Below are positions 37,638 to 51,699 of a stretch of 64,000 nucleotides of DNA, piece by piece. This DNA comes from Camelus dromedarius (lineage: Eukaryota): the NCBI RefSeq assembly GCF_036321535.1, contig NC_087444.1, positions 18,476,001 to 18,540,000 on the forward strand, given 5' to 3'. Positions within the stretch are counted from its first letter, which is position 1. Each line of letters opens with the position of its first letter. The notes beneath the pieces were generated by a model. It did not search any database and was not told the origin of the DNA. It saw nothing but the letters and a program-made list of their open reading frames with translations. The position numbers were made by a program, and so were the translations under genes.

Positions 37638-39610
37638 ATTCCTTGAGAGCGTGGATGGAGGTGGGAAGAAGTCTTACGTGTTTGTAGAACAAAGAAGCAG
37701 CAACCAGTGTGAGAGGCGCACAGTGGGTGAGGCGGCTGGAAAGGTAGGAGGGCCCAAAGTGCTTGTAAGACATTTTGAACTTGATCCTAAGTGCAACCAT
37801 ATTGAAGGATTTCAAGTAGGAGAGGGACACCATTGTATTTTTATCACCTTACAATATAGTCCATAATTTACATATTTATTGTATTTAGTTTTTATCTGTC
37901 TTCCTCTGCTAGAATGTAAGTTCTGTAATAGACAGTCTCTTTGTTTCACTTGTGGATTATCCCAAATGCCTCGATTAATGCCTGAGAGAGGCATTCAATA
38001 AATATTTATTATATCAGAGAATGAAATTTATCAGAATGTAGATATTCAAATGAGTGTAGTGCTTGAAATTAGATACATTGAAAAACCATCTGTCTCCTTG
38101 TTCTAGTGACTCCACAATAGTCTAAAACATTTTGAGACTCTTGGAATTGTCTTTTGTGATAGTTTATGAAAACCAGTTTTTCTTTTTAAAACTATAATAG
38201 ATTTAATTCCAAAAGACTTTTTTGATTGTTTCCAAAATTGTAGTAAGTCCACAAAAGGAAAAAGATTTGCCATCATGCTGAATATTTTCAAAGGATATGC
38301 CCCAACTCTGAAATGAGTTTCAAAACAGTTTTAAACAAAGGCTTTGAAAAAAAACTGTATGCCTTCCAGAGTGACGACCAAATTGATGGAGAGATATTCC
38401 CTCTCAGGGTTGCTTGACTACTCATGAAGAAGTATCGGTCCTCACTCTTCTTGGAGTTTTCAATGCAGAGTTTTCCCAGAGAAGCACAGCTGGGTAGGAG
38501 GGTACTATAGTAGCGCTTGGTTAATTTGCAAATATACAGTAAGCCCTTACTATGTACTTAATATTCTGACAGGCAGTGGAATAGAAAGATGAACAAAATA
38601 TGAGGGTTTACACTCTCATACACACTCATCATAAAGGACCTACGTTTGTGCCCAAAGAGTGAGGTTTTGAACCATGATGGGGAATAAGGTGGATATAAAA
38701 GAAATAAAGGTTCTTTGAAGGAGTTCACAGTCTGGTGAAATACACCTTCAGAAAAGGCCTGAGAACAACTATTAAACAGTACCTCCTATATCTGTCACCA
38801 CAACCATTACCCAAACTCAGTTCTCCATTTCCTTCTGGGTAAGTACTGTTTGGGTTTTCTAATTGGCACTTCTGCTCTCAGCATCTTCTCATCCAGGCCG
38901 TGGAATAACACTGCTACCACATTTTTGTCCTGAAGCCCTGCTCTGATCACCTGAATCCTATGATTAGAACTAGCCATTTTCCTGCTTCAGACTCTTCAAT
39001 GGCTCGCCTTCACTTCCAGAATTAAATCCAAGCTCCCCAGCAGTACATACAAGGCCCCCTAGTATATGGCCCTAGCTCACCTCTCTAGTGCCTTACCAGT
39101 TTCTTTGTACCTTAGTAATACGGAAATGACCCCTCTTAAAATGTCCTCTACCATCCTCTTTGCCAGGTTAACTGGGACCCATCGTTTAGCACTTGGCTAG
39201 GTTGTCATTTTCAGGAAACTTTCCCTAACTCCATCACTTGGTGCATACTTTTCTGTGCCTTCCTAATACCGTGTGCATGTCTCGAACATGCATTGTTTCT
39301 GGGTCCCCTTGTAGATGACACTCCTTGAGGACTGAGGCTTTTTGTTGGTTTTCACAGTGCCTAACACTTGATAGATGCTTTTCTTTGTTGAGCTGAATGA
39401 ATGAGTATCTTCTGTGTTAAACTCCCTTCTACCCCATCCTCCGTATAGCTCAGCTCAAATGCCACCTCCTTACTGCTATACAATCAGGGAGGCCATAGCC
39501 ACCATTAATTTTGTGTATTTTTGTTAAATTTTGGTTGATTTATTTGGTTTCCCCAATAGCTTCATTCTCTTCCTTCTCTTCCTTTCCCTCAACCCCTTAA
39601 CATTATTCAG

Positions 39611-40692
39611 GACTCTATAGCCTGGGGAAAGAGTCACTGCTGGAGCAGCTGGCCCTGGAGTTTCAGACTTGGGTGGTTTTGAGTCCCCGGCGCCTGGAGT
39701 TGGTGCAGCTGCTGGGCCTGGCAGATGTGTTCACGGTGGAGGAGAAGGCTGGCCGCATCCATGCCGTGGACCATATGGAAATCTGCTATTCTGCCATGCT
39801 GCGCTGGAACCAGACCCACCCCACCATTGCTATCCTCCCCACCAGTCGGAAAATCTACCGCTCCCACCCCAATATCCACATCATCCCTTACTCTGACCAT
39901 TCCTCCTACTCTGAGCTGCGTGCCTTTGTCACGGCACTGAAGCCTTGCCAGGTGGTGCCCATTGTCAGTCGACAACCCTGTAGGGACTACTTTCAGGACA
40001 GCCTGAGCCCCAGGCTCTCCGTGCCCCTAATTCCAGACTCTGTGCAGCAGTACATGAGTTCCTCCTCTAGAAAACCAAGTTGTCTCTGGCTGTTGTTAGA
40101 AAGGAAGCTAAGGAAACTGAGAACCCAGGGTGTCATGTTTGAATCACTTGAGGAAAATGCAGACCACTCTCAAGCTGACCCGGACTCAAAAAAGACCAAG
40201 AATGAGAACCTTTCTGGGGACCTTGCAAAGCAGCGCTCCCACCATCCTTTGCAGATCAAGAAACAGTGGTTCCCAGACGTCTGCAGCAAAGAATGGGAGG
40301 GGGCAGTCCCTTCCACTGAGTCCCAGAAGACGGGGACTGTATTGACTGCCCCTTCGGGGTTTTCAGTGCACTTAAGGTCTAAAGATGAGGAATTTCTCTC
40401 CCTGGAAACTGGAGAGGAAATCGGTGGAGGGCCCTACTTGATAGGCAAGGAAGACAATGAGGACTCAACAGCCACAGGGAACCAGAGAGCCTGGATGGAC
40501 CAGGATTCTTCCCTGTCTCATAGCAGCAAGGCTGCCTCTCTTCTGGCTCCCGAGGTCAGGGGCCTGGCACTAAAATACCTTCTGACTCCAGTGAAATTTC
40601 TCCAGGCAGGGTTCTCTTCCAGGGGCTTTGACCAGCAAGCAGAAAAATACCATAAACTCTTGCCTCAGTACCGACAGGAGAGTATGCAATGA
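39611..40692 (+). CDS. DCLRE1B: DCLRE1B exon 4 (beta-CASP, TRF2-binding motif YLLTP at 40576-40590)
   Basis: attattcag|[18 protein letters not shown]...PYSDHSS...LKYLLTP...QESMQ*. Total CDS 1620 nt = 539 aa + stop. Confidence 0.97.
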
Positions 40693-43600
40693 CACCTTGT
40701 TTGGTCCGACACCAGTTTTGAAGATAGTGGCTGATAGCTTATTTGGAGCCTTACTTTTCTGTGTTGGCAGGATTCTTATGGGCTCACCCTGTAACAAGAG
40801 TTCTCAAAACGTGTTCATTGGACTCTTAATGCCTATGGAATCCTTATAATTTTATAAAATTATAGTTTTATAATTGAGTATATTTAAGAAGCACTTTTTT
40901 TTCCACTTTTCATTATAACCTCTTTATAGGATTTCTGAGCATATTGCTCTGTGCATTGCAAAGCTGCTTCAAGGATGTGACCTTCCTCTAAAAGTATATA
41001 ACTTGAGGGGCCTGCCTCCTGTATTGTATTCTTTCTTCTATTTTGAAATGGTTTGTATTACTTGAAGAAAAAAAGAAAGAGGTACTTTTAAAGTTTCTGA
41101 GAAGTCGTGCAGTAACTTAATCTGTTTAACTTTGTTTACTCCAGAATTTCTCCACACTTTTTGGACATGCAGTCTTCTGTGACTGCAGAAAGAGAAAAAG
41201 TCTGATCAAAAAGGACCAGGTTATTCCCTTTGCTGTTTTGTGTGTTGTGAGCCATTCCCAATGGCCCCTTCTATCTCTTTCTAGATAAAAGTCCCTAGAT
41301 AGTTCTGTCTTTCAGTTTAGGAGCTGTGGGGCTGGAGGACAAAATGGTGACCCAGGCAGCACATTCCAATCCTGAAGGTCACTGACTTGCTGTGACAGCA
41401 TCGAAGTCACTTCCTTTCTCTGCGTCTGAGAGGGAACAGGAAGTGATGATCCTTGGAACAGTGGAGAACACCTCTGCCTCCATGACAGTTTGCAGTTTGT
41501 GTCCCTGGGGACCTCCCTGGCACAGAGCCAGCTGGGGGATTGGGCACCCCCCCCCCCGCCAGGGCAGTACCTGGAACCCAGCCGAACATTAGGCTTAGGG
41601 TACGATGGGCCCCCCAGACGCCGGAAGGCCCCATTTGGCTGCAGTAAGGTTACAAAAGATCAAATGTGCTGCCAGATAGTCCTGATTGTTCACATAGCTG
41701 GGATATTTGCTGCCCTCCCCCCTGCCCCAGTATCCTCCCCTCCACCCCTGGGTTGAGTAGGGAGCCAGAGGACACAGCCTGTTTGTTTTAGTATCCAGGG
41801 CAGAGACCAAGGAGCCAGCTGGTGGAAGGGGTGGGGGTGTGCAGTGCTGCCCTGTCCTTCTGCTCGCAGCCTGACAAGATGCCAGACCAATAAGCAGGAC
41901 AGCAGATATCACAGTCTCAGAGACAGGGCACAGGCATGCAGAGCCCGGCACATGGATAAAAACTGTTTCAGAAGGGAGCCTCAAGCCTTTACAATGAAGA
42001 AGCCTCTGTTTCTTGTCCAGGAAAAAAAAAAAAAAACGAACTCCACTTCTGAAGATATGAAGAGTTTAGAAAGCAAAATAAGGCCTTCCTCTTGGGCAAG
42101 CTGTACACAGCTCTGCTTTGTCAGTGACCTTCGCTGTAAGCCCCGCCGTGGGCCCGCTAGGAGCCAGAGCAGGTGAGGCAGGTGGGGCAGCAGGAAACAT
42201 GGGCATTGTCCTGGGCTTGAACCTAGGGAACCCTGGGCAAATAGAGATACCCTGATTCAAGAGCAGAGCCTCGCTTTCTCATCTGTGAAACGTACTGAGA
42301 CACCTACCTCTCCTGATTACCAGGGAGGTTAGTTAATGGGTAAAATTCCTAGCTCAGTGCCTACTACATGGTGAGCATTTTGAGTATTCGTTCTCCTAGC
42401 CTCTGGTTCTTTAAAAAGAAATTATTCTCTATATAAAATGAGAAACTCTGGAAAATACATAAAATGTAAAGAAGAAAAATATCAGTTATAATTCCTCTAT
42501 GTCAGTCCATTGTTTTCTTCTAGTCTTTTTCTGTGGATGTAAATACATTAAATATATAATTTTTTTTCCAAATTGGGGTTATACTGTATGTAGTTTTATA
42601 TCCTGCATTTTACTTTCTTAATATCTTAAGCATTTTCTCATGTCATTAAATATTATTCAAAATGTTGTATAATTCGCTATCAGATGGGTATACCTTAATT
42701 AGATGATTTTCATTTTAGTCAGCATTTTGTATGCCCTTTTCTCACCAATATACATATTACAATAAACATCCTTATGCATATATCATGGTATTTTTGTTTA
42801 TTTTCATGGAGTAAATTACTGGAAGTGGGACGACTGTTTTAAGTTCCCGATGCAGATTGTGCCTAGTTGCCCTCCAGAAAGATTTCCTTGCCATCCTTTC
42901 TGCAGAAGAGGATAGCATTAAAATACCTGAAGAGTCATTAAGTTTAAATGATGCTATAGAATGGTACCTGTGAATACATGGAAAACCATCCTGTGTGCCA
43001 CGTTAATAAATATTTACTAAGCTGTGTGGGCGAGGCTTAGCCTGACTTCGTCTGGAGCCCCTAACTGTCTCACTTCTGCACTGCCCTAAGGTGGCTGGGA
43101 GAGATAAGGTGCTCTTCAGGACAAGGGCCCCAGATGGGTGTTATCTTCCAGCACAAGGGAACCTGTCCAGTCTCAGCACGTGCTGTGTCACACGTATTCC
43201 TTGAAGCGGGAGCTATGTGAATTCAGATAGGGCAGTAGAGGCAAAGGGCTTTGAGGAATTTAGTTGTTGGTGGCACGTCTGGGTGTTAAAAATGGGAAGA
43301 CTCCATGCTATTCTAAACTAAATTTGTCTGGCTTCTTATAATAGAGATTGGCTGTTGTCTGATTTGATTTCTCAAAACTCATAAAATTGCTGCCTTGCAT
43401 ATATTATTAAGAAACCAATTTAATTTATTTTTAGAATCTAAGGATGACCCCATAAATCTATGAAGATCTTGCAATTACGCTTGAAGTTACTGGGAGAAAG
43501 GAAGTTCCCTAGAGATCAATTAGTTATTTGTTTCATGATCTGCTGGAAAACTTGTACTTTTCCACAAGGAGACTGACAGCGCCGATTTAAGTCCCTTTAG

Positions 43601-44879
43601 GAAAGGAGATCAGCCTGGCTGGCCTTGGGGGACCATCTCGTACTCCTGACCCAGACTGCCCTTTGTGGTAGGAAATAGAAGATAAGTGAGTCTGTTTGTT
43701 CAAGAAGAGGGATTTAGATCTGGATACTCTATCTCAAGTCCACTCCCAGGGAGACAGTGCTCTCTGCATTCTTGGAGTGGTTCTTAAGCAGGAGAAATTC
43801 CATCTGGGGGTCCATGTGCACATATCTTTGATGCTACCACTAGTGAGCAGCTGTCCGTCTGTTACCTGCTTCCCACTTCTCACCATCTCTAACCACCACC
43901 ACAAGCCGTTTTTGTCTTGGATTCATGGTGCTCCCTGCCTCCCAACCCCTCCTCTGTCTCTTCCTCAGGACATCCCACCTACATCAGTACGGGATGATTC
44001 TGCTTGCCCTTAGGATTATCTGTATCTACAACTGCTTGTGGGAGATTCTCATCCTCAGAATAGTAAAGCTTGTCTTTATTTTGACCACAATGCTTTTATT
44101 TAGATATACCCTTCCACCTTGACTTTCTCATTCCTGAGTCACTCTCTCTTCTTTGAACACGTCCTTGACCCACTGGATGATAGAAAGTTCCCAAAATCTT
44201 GGACTCGGTTCTTTTCCTAAACAGATAGCTTACTGAATCATCTTTCAATCATACAGAACTTCTGACTAGCCTTGGGTTAGTCTTTCCCTTGCAATATACA
44301 CATATTTAAAACACTATTGTAATATGTTAATTAGCCTTACTGTGGTAATCATTTCATAATATATACATATATCAAATGATCATGTTGTGCACCTTAAACT
44401 TACGCAATGTTATATGTCAACTATATCTCAATGAAGCTGGGAAAAAAAGGATTGTAAAATAAATAATTTTAAAAATATAATTTGGGCACACTGGCTTAAA
44501 TAATATTTTGGACACATTGGGTTAAATAAAATGTTGTCGAAACTAAAAACAAACAAGCAAACAATAACAACAAAAAACCCCATAATTGTATTATAGCCTG
44601 CTAACCAGTCCTGACTCCTTCCATCAATTTACAGTAACTTTGGGGAGTGGAGGATGAAGTTTGTCCCCAGTGCTACAACTTCACCCTTACTGTGCTCACT
44701 GAAAGGTATTCTTTTAAGGAACCAAGAAAACTGGGTCGAACTCACTCACCCTACTAATAAGGCTCTGTGGAAACAAAGCATCAGGGTGAGACCAGACTCC
44801 TGGTCCTTAGGGAGTCAGGGACATAAAGTTTGGAGGAAACCCGCTAAAAGGCTGGAGCACCCAATTCCTAAATTAGGAC

Positions 44880-45290
44880 CAGGGATTCCCCTGCCAACCA
44901 ACAGTGGTCCAACACCAGCTGGGTGTCCTATAACTCAACTCAATTCTGACACTGTCTACTCAGAGGTTGCATCAGATCACACAGATTAAGGTTTCAGTCT
45001 TACAAGACTGCCCTGTACCACTTCAGACGCCAGTCACAAGTCCAGGTTAGCATCTGTGCATCTGCCTGACCATTACAGATGGGAGATTTCAATGACCTCC
45101 TTCTTGGTTTCAATTAATTTGCCAGAGCAGCTCACAGAACGCAGAGAGACATTCTACTTACTGGACTGTCAGCTTATTATAAAAGGATGTAACTTAGGAG
45201 CAGTCAGAGGGAAGAGACGCATAGGGCAGGGTATGTGGGAAAGGGCAGGAAGGAAGCGCCACGCTCCCCACATCTTGACGTGTTCAATGC
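44880..45290. mobile_element. MER21-family ERVL LTR remnant
   Basis: caccagctgggtgtcctataactcaactcaattctgacact...ttaaggtttcagtcttacaagactgccc...cttcagacgccagtcacaagtccagg. Confidence 0.75.
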
Positions 45291-45709
45291 CTCCTTCCGA
45301 TCTCTGTCTTCATTCTGGATGATTTCAACACACTGGCCTCTCAATTTCTTTGATCCACTCATCTCCAAAGACCTTATCTCCTTCTACCTCACCACCCTGT
45401 CGTTAACAAAAATTGTACTACATTTGAAATCTCAAATTTAAATCCTCTTTTCTCTCAGCTTATTTGCTACAGTACTTTCATTGCCAATGTTTTACTGTTT
45501 ATAGCCCTCTCTGAGCATCACTTCCCAAGTTGACTGGACTGCACCCCATGATCCATCAATAGAATTTCACTCCTTTGATCTCTCTTACACAAATTTGCCT
45601 TGAAAAACTCCAATTCTGGATAAATATACTATCTATTCACTCTTTGCCTGCACTGGAGCAGCTAGATGTTGTTGAAAAAACTACTTAACAAGGCTGACTG
45701 GTTTCATTT

Positions 45710-45887
45710 CATTTTATTTTATTTATTTCTAAAATCATATTAGATGAACTGTTTTTAATTTTTTGGAGGGAGGAGATAATTAGGTTTGTTTATTTACTTA
45801 TTCATTTATTCTAGTGGAAGTACTGAGGATTGAACCCAGGACCTCATGCATACTAAGCATGCACTCTACCACTGAGCTATACCCTCC
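45710..45887 (-). mobile_element. vic-1 type SINE with 13-bp TSD
   Basis: actggtttcattt at 45697-45709 and 45888-45900. Confidence 0.9.
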
Positions 45888-45919
45888 ACTGGTTTCATTT
45901 TAAATTCAGGATTTCATAA

Positions 45920-46772
45920 ATCAGAATGGCCTCCCATACTGCTGAGCAATACTATTATGTTCCTTTAGTAGGCTTGATTTCCTATTCTCCCTGTCTCTTT
46001 GCTTTCCCCTCCCACCCATGTTACCATCTGTCAGTAAATCCTGTTGATTGTACCTTGAAACATGTCCTGAATCTTATTTCCTTTTACTATCTTCACTGTT
46101 ACCACCCTTGTCCAAGCAACTTCTGTCTCTTGTCTGCATTATTCAATAGCCTCTGTGATGTTCTCCCAGCTTCTAGCATTGTCTCCCTGCCCTCCAAATA
46201 CACGAGTACAGTCCCCACAGCAGGCATGATATAAATCATATCATGTTGCTGCTCTGCTCAAAGCCTCCAGTGGTTTTCCAGCTCACTCAGAATAAAAACC
46301 AAAGTTCTCACAGTGGTCCGAGTGGCCCCCATGATCTGCCCCCTCATCTCCTACTCCCCTCCCACCCTTCACTTACTGCACTCCAGGCACTCTGACCTCC
46401 TGCAGTTACTCCAATGTGCCTGGTAAGTGCTCACCTCATTTCCTCCCATCTCCCTACAATCTTTTCCAACCAAGATACCCACATGGTTCCTTCACCGCCT
46501 TCAAGGTTTTGCTCAGTGAGGCTGTTCTTCATCATATTTAAAATTACAGCCACCCCTCCTGCCCCTCCCTCTTTTCCTTTCTTTTTCTTTTTCTCCATTG
46601 AGCACTTGCCATACTATGTCACTTGCTTATTGAGGTTAGTGTGTGCCTCACTGTATTAGAAGGCAAACTCCAGGACTTTTCTAGGGTCTCTTATTCACAA
46701 TTTTGTCCCTACTGTCTAGAACATTCAGCAGGTTCTTAATGATAAATACTGGTTGAATGACTAAATGAATGT
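45920..46772 (+). mobile_element. L2 3' portion
   Basis: cagtaaatcctgttgattgtacctt...ctctgctcaaagcctccagtgg...cagaataaaaaccaaa...ttgaatgactaaatgaatg. Confidence 0.8.
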
Positions 46773-46965
46773 ATCTGGAGGAATGGATGGACTGCACATT
46801 CTTTAGGCAATCCTTCCTCAATAAGTACTATTTCTCTCAAACAGGGAAAAGCAGAATTTGTAGCCCTCAAGGAGCTGACAACCATTGACTGCTGAGTTTG
46901 CCAGCTACTTTATAAATATGATTTCTATAACTTGCAACTATCCTATTTAGTGCCCATACCTTCCT

Positions 46966-47580
46966 TCATTCATTTGTTCATTCAACAAATATTTATTGAA
47001 TGTCCAGTATGTGCCAGACATGTGTTCTAGACATTGGGGATATAAAGTAGAATAAGACAGAAAATGTCCTGCCCTTGTGGAACTTACATTCTAAAGGAGA
47101 GAGACAGGCGATATATGTAAATAAGTATCAGAGAGTGATCTGTGTTAAGAAGAAAATAAAACTGGCTAATGGGAGTGGGGAGCAGTTCAGATGTGGGTCA
47201 GGGAAGTGCCTCTGTGGAACTGACACTTGAGACCTAAGAGACAAAAAGGACCCGGGCCAGGTGAAGACCTGGGGATGGGATCAGCGCCAAGACCACGTGA
47301 TGGGAATGAGCTCTGTACCCAAGGATCATCAAGAAGAGCGTGTGTCAGCAGGGGAGAAGGGAGATGAGCTCAGAGAGGGAGGCAGGAGTCAGAGCAGATG
47401 TGACCTCCAGGTCAAAGCAAGAACTTTGGGTTTTTGTCTAAGTGTAACGGGAAGCTACTGGAGTGCTTCAGTGTAGGGCAGTGATACTATCTGACACATA
47501 TTTTTAAAAGCAACAGATGGAGAATGGGGCTAGAATGAGAGGAGGGATGCCAGTGAGGAAGCCCTTGCAGCAGTGAGAGA
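46966..47580 (-). mobile_element. L2 3' portion, antisense
   Basis: cattcatttgttcattcaacaaatatttattgaatg... Confidence 0.75.
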
Positions 47581-50500
47581 CACTGGTGAGCTGGACTGGG
47601 GTTTTGGAGAAAGAGGCTTTACATTGCATTTGGATGTGAATCCACTAGCGTTACCTCCTTAGCACAAGCAGCTGAAGGAAACATACGTTTTCCTTCACCA
47701 AAGCTTTCATAAAGGAAACGTGTACTGATGACCATATCTATACCCAAAGATGCCATATAGATACACATATGTGGAGGGGATGAAGAAAAGAAGAAGAAAA
47801 AATGAGTGAGGTTATTTTACAATACAAGAATTATGGGAATGTTTTATGAATTAATACTATTTCCTATAATAGGAATGTTTTATAACTATGTGCTTAAGAG
47901 GAAAAAAGGGTTTTTTTAATTTTTAAACTTTTTATTGAAGCATAACACAGACATGAAACGTGCACAAATCTAACATGTACAGCTTAATGAATTTTCTTAT
48001 TATGAGAAATTGAGTATTGTTTCCTGTGCTATAGAGCAGGTCCTGGTTGTTTCTCTAGAAAAAGAAAACATGTTTCACATGTGGAGTCAACACAGGCTTT
48101 GGGGTTAGAGGCCACATTACCTAAGAGACTAGGACTCTTAAGTAAAAAAAATTAATTTATTAGAGAATACTTATTTTTTAATTATTTAAATTAGTATGAA
48201 GTTTTAACCATAAACTTTTATAGAAAATAACAGTCCTGAATTTTGAATATCTGCATCTTTGAGGAGAGACTGGTAGGATGTAACAGAGAACAGATCATAG
48301 TCAAATTCAGTCTGAATTGAGCCTTTCTAGTTTAATTCACCAAGTTGTGACATTTACATCCTTATAGAAGAGCATCTGAATGACTAAGGTAATTTTTGGT
48401 TCATGAGACTGCATCGTTGTTCTGCGAGGCTCCTAGTCAATACATGTATAATTAAAGCCTGCACTTTTAATCAAGATAGAACTGAAAAATCTCTATTTAT
48501 TATTCCATATTTTCTCATATTATAAAATATTCTGTATTTCATTTCTCATAGACTTTCTGATTTCATGGACAGTACCAGTGGAGATGAACAGTAGTGGATT
48601 CAGGATATTTTTTGGAAGTAACATTGAAGAACTTTTCTGATAGACAGAAAGAGGGAGGTAAAGAAAAAGTCTTTTCATCTCCATTTTAAGGATGAGGAAA
48701 GTGGGGCTCATGAGCACACCCACTGTCACGCCCTAGTAATGAGAAGAGTCGAGATTCTGACCGACTTCAGGCTCCAAAGCCCACACTTTTCTTCTCTACT
48801 GGACATCCTGGGAGCACGGAGGTTGGTCAGGCAGTAGCCCTATTTCACATCAGAAAATTTACTCTCTAGGGTTTTAATAGGGCACCTCCTCCAACCCCAC
48901 CCTCAGTGGAGAGAACCACTTGCTAACCACTTAGTGACAGTTTACAGATTTTATAAAAGCGAGTTTCCAAAAGTAACGATAAAAAATTCAGTTAAATTCA
49001 CTGCTAAAGATGAAGACTGTTGTTTCGAGGCTTCTTAAACGCTATTCTATAGTTAACTGAATTCTGATGCTTTGAGTAAACCCTCCGTAATTTACTTAGC
49101 ACATAGTTATTTGTGCCAACCACGTATAAGCAATTGTGTTAGGCAAAGGATACTTCCTTAGGGCCTTTTTGATTTCTGAGTTTGTAGGATTTGTGCAAAA
49201 TGACTTAGCACAAATAATATTCAGTTATTCAATTCTGAGTTCCTGTCCTGATTCATTGCCCTCTCCCTTGTGGGTCTCTGTGTGCCTTCCCAAAGCATTT
49301 GTTTTGGATTGGCTTTTGCATAGAATGGATGATAGGGAGGGATACATGGAATACAGGTGCTAAATGCTTGTGTGGTAGTAAAAGAAAAGGTGAAAAGCTA
49401 CAGGATGATGGAAGCAGATAATGAGAAATGATGATGATTCAAGGAAAGGGAGAAGAAAGCATTAACCCTTGCTTTTGCAGAATAGTTAGTACATGAAGAA
49501 AGTGAGAGATTAGAAGGTTACTTGCAGATAAGGGAAGAAACAGAAATATTCTGTGGGAGGAGGGCTTGAGGAAGAGTAAATATGGGCTTTGTAAGCAGTT
49601 AAGGTATTTACTCTTCCCCCAGAATAGTCTCTGGGTTGACCCTTGAAAACTAGGAAAAATAGGGGTTAAGTCTCCTACCCGTTATCTCTAAATCCTACAA
49701 ACTTCCTATCCTCCTCCTCCTTTTTTTTTTTTAATTGAGGTGAAATTCACATAACATAATTAACCATTTTAAAGTGTACAATTCAGGTGGCATTTAGGGC
49801 ATTCACAGTGCTGTGCAAAAAGAACTTTCTCTTGTTTCACCTTCCAATTCTTTTATTAAGTTGTATTTGAGTCTTTCTCTTTGCTTCCACAGGCATGGCC
49901 TTCCCCCAAACTCTCATTCCACCAAAGCTATCATTTTTGGGGGGATCCAGTCCCCCAAATGTCCTATTCTGGTGCAAAAAGAAAACAAGATTAGCAAGAT
50001 TTAGACTTGAGAGCAAGCAGGTCAGACTCCTACCTGCAATCACATCATTCAGCCCAGCAACCAAGCCGGCTCTAATGAGGAGATGCTGGGGAGGGAGGGA
50101 AGTGTGGGGGCAGTGAGCAGACACAGCCTTCTCACAGTACAGAGAGGGGACCTTCGCGGTGAAATGGAGAGCATCACTCACCTGACTGTCCTGGGTGGAT
50201 TATCAGCTGGGCGCTTCACTTCTCAGTTTGGAACACCATGCTCTGCTCTGCCCTGCCCTGATTTTAGTTTCTAACCCCAGGGCGCTTTAGCAGCCTAATG
50301 CAGACCAGTAACCTCTTCTTGCCCAAAGTGTACTTGGCATACTTAAGAGCGCATGTCCCTTATGTATGATAATATAATGGCATATTTTCTTCTGTTCACA
50401 TTTTGCATGAAAAATGTACCCAAAGTAGTTATTTAAAAAAAAAAACCCAAAACCAAAAAAACAAAGTACCCTCACTGATGCCCTACTGGAGCATCAAGAT

Positions 50501-50869
50501 GGATATGGTAGCTCCAGGCCTTGTGTCTTCATTCCTTTGTCTTAGTGAAAAGACAGAGGAAGGAGCAAAAGAGTTTCTTCTCTCAAAGTACTGTTTTGCT
50601 TTTTGTTTTTTAACAAAAAGAAACAATTTTCCAGAAGCCTCCCAGCAGACTTCCTGTCAAATTTCATCAACCAGAATTGAGTCCTATACCCACTCCTAGA
50701 CTAATCATTGGCCAAGAGAAATGGAATTACCAGGATTGCTTTAGATCAATTGTGATTTGGGGGGAGAAATTTACCTTCCTTGAAATCAAAGAATCTTCCT
50801 TCTCTCTGAACAAAACTGGGATTCTATTTATAGGGAAGAAGTAATATAGGGAATGGTTTATGGCTAAAT

Positions 50870-51440
50870 ATGGCAGAGGATGGCTTAATTTTTTACTAAA
50901 TCATATTTCTTTTCCTCTTGGGCGCACAGCTAGATTGCATCATCTCCTAACCTCTCTGCAGTTAGCAGCATCGACACTCCCGAGTTCCCACCAATGTAAC
51001 ATGTGCAGAAGAGATGTATGTATTTGCTACCTCCAGCTCTAGTCTATAAAAACTTCCTACACAAATTATCCTTATCCCCCCCACCCCTTTTTTAATGTTT
51101 AATCTTGTTCGGGGGGCAGGGAAAGGTAATAAAGTTTATTTATTTTTTAACGGAGGTACTGGGGACTGAACCCACGACCTTGTGCCTACTAAGCACGCAC
51201 TCTAGCACTGAGCTATACCCTTCCCACTACTTCCCTTTTTTTTTCTGGACAGATGCAAAATATCCAGTGGAGAAATCCAAGGCTCCAAGGAATGGTGAAG
51301 CTGCAAGAATCTAGACAGAAGTCACCTGAATCCCAGAATGACTTCATGGAGCAGAGCAACCCTCTCATCCCTGGCACTTTGCTTTGGCCACCTAAAATAG
51401 ACTGATGATGTGAGCAAGCAATAAAACTTATGATTTCTTA
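50870..51440. mobile_element. MLT1-like ERVL-MaLR LTR remnant
   Basis: cacagctagattgcatc...gcagaagagatgt...tggagcagagc...gcaagcaataaaac. Confidence 0.65.
51108..51225 (-). mobile_element. vic-1 type SINE nested in an MLT1-like LTR
   Basis: Same head and tail; LTR-like sequence continues on both sides. Confidence 0.85.
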
Positions 51441-51699
51441 TAGGATACTTGTGGCCTTGGGTATGATTGCCAACCCTGAATGGATAGTTGGCTTATTTAC
51501 CCCTTCCTCCAGGGTTGCAAGACTGAGATATCCCCAAGATTTTTCTTTTCAAGACCCCTTCAAGGTGTCTTTAGCAAAGAAAGCTTGAGTAGGAGAATGC
51601 AGCAGACATTGTTCATTGCCTATTCAATCAATAGTTAGGGTTAGCCAATTGCTGTAGCAAACAGCCTTCATATCTCAGTGACTTAACACTTGTACTAAG

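Noticed and set aside
46730-47030. Inverted L2 pair as a miRNA precursor
   Set aside because: The ends are ~200 bp apart and diverged; too long a loop for a Drosha substrate.
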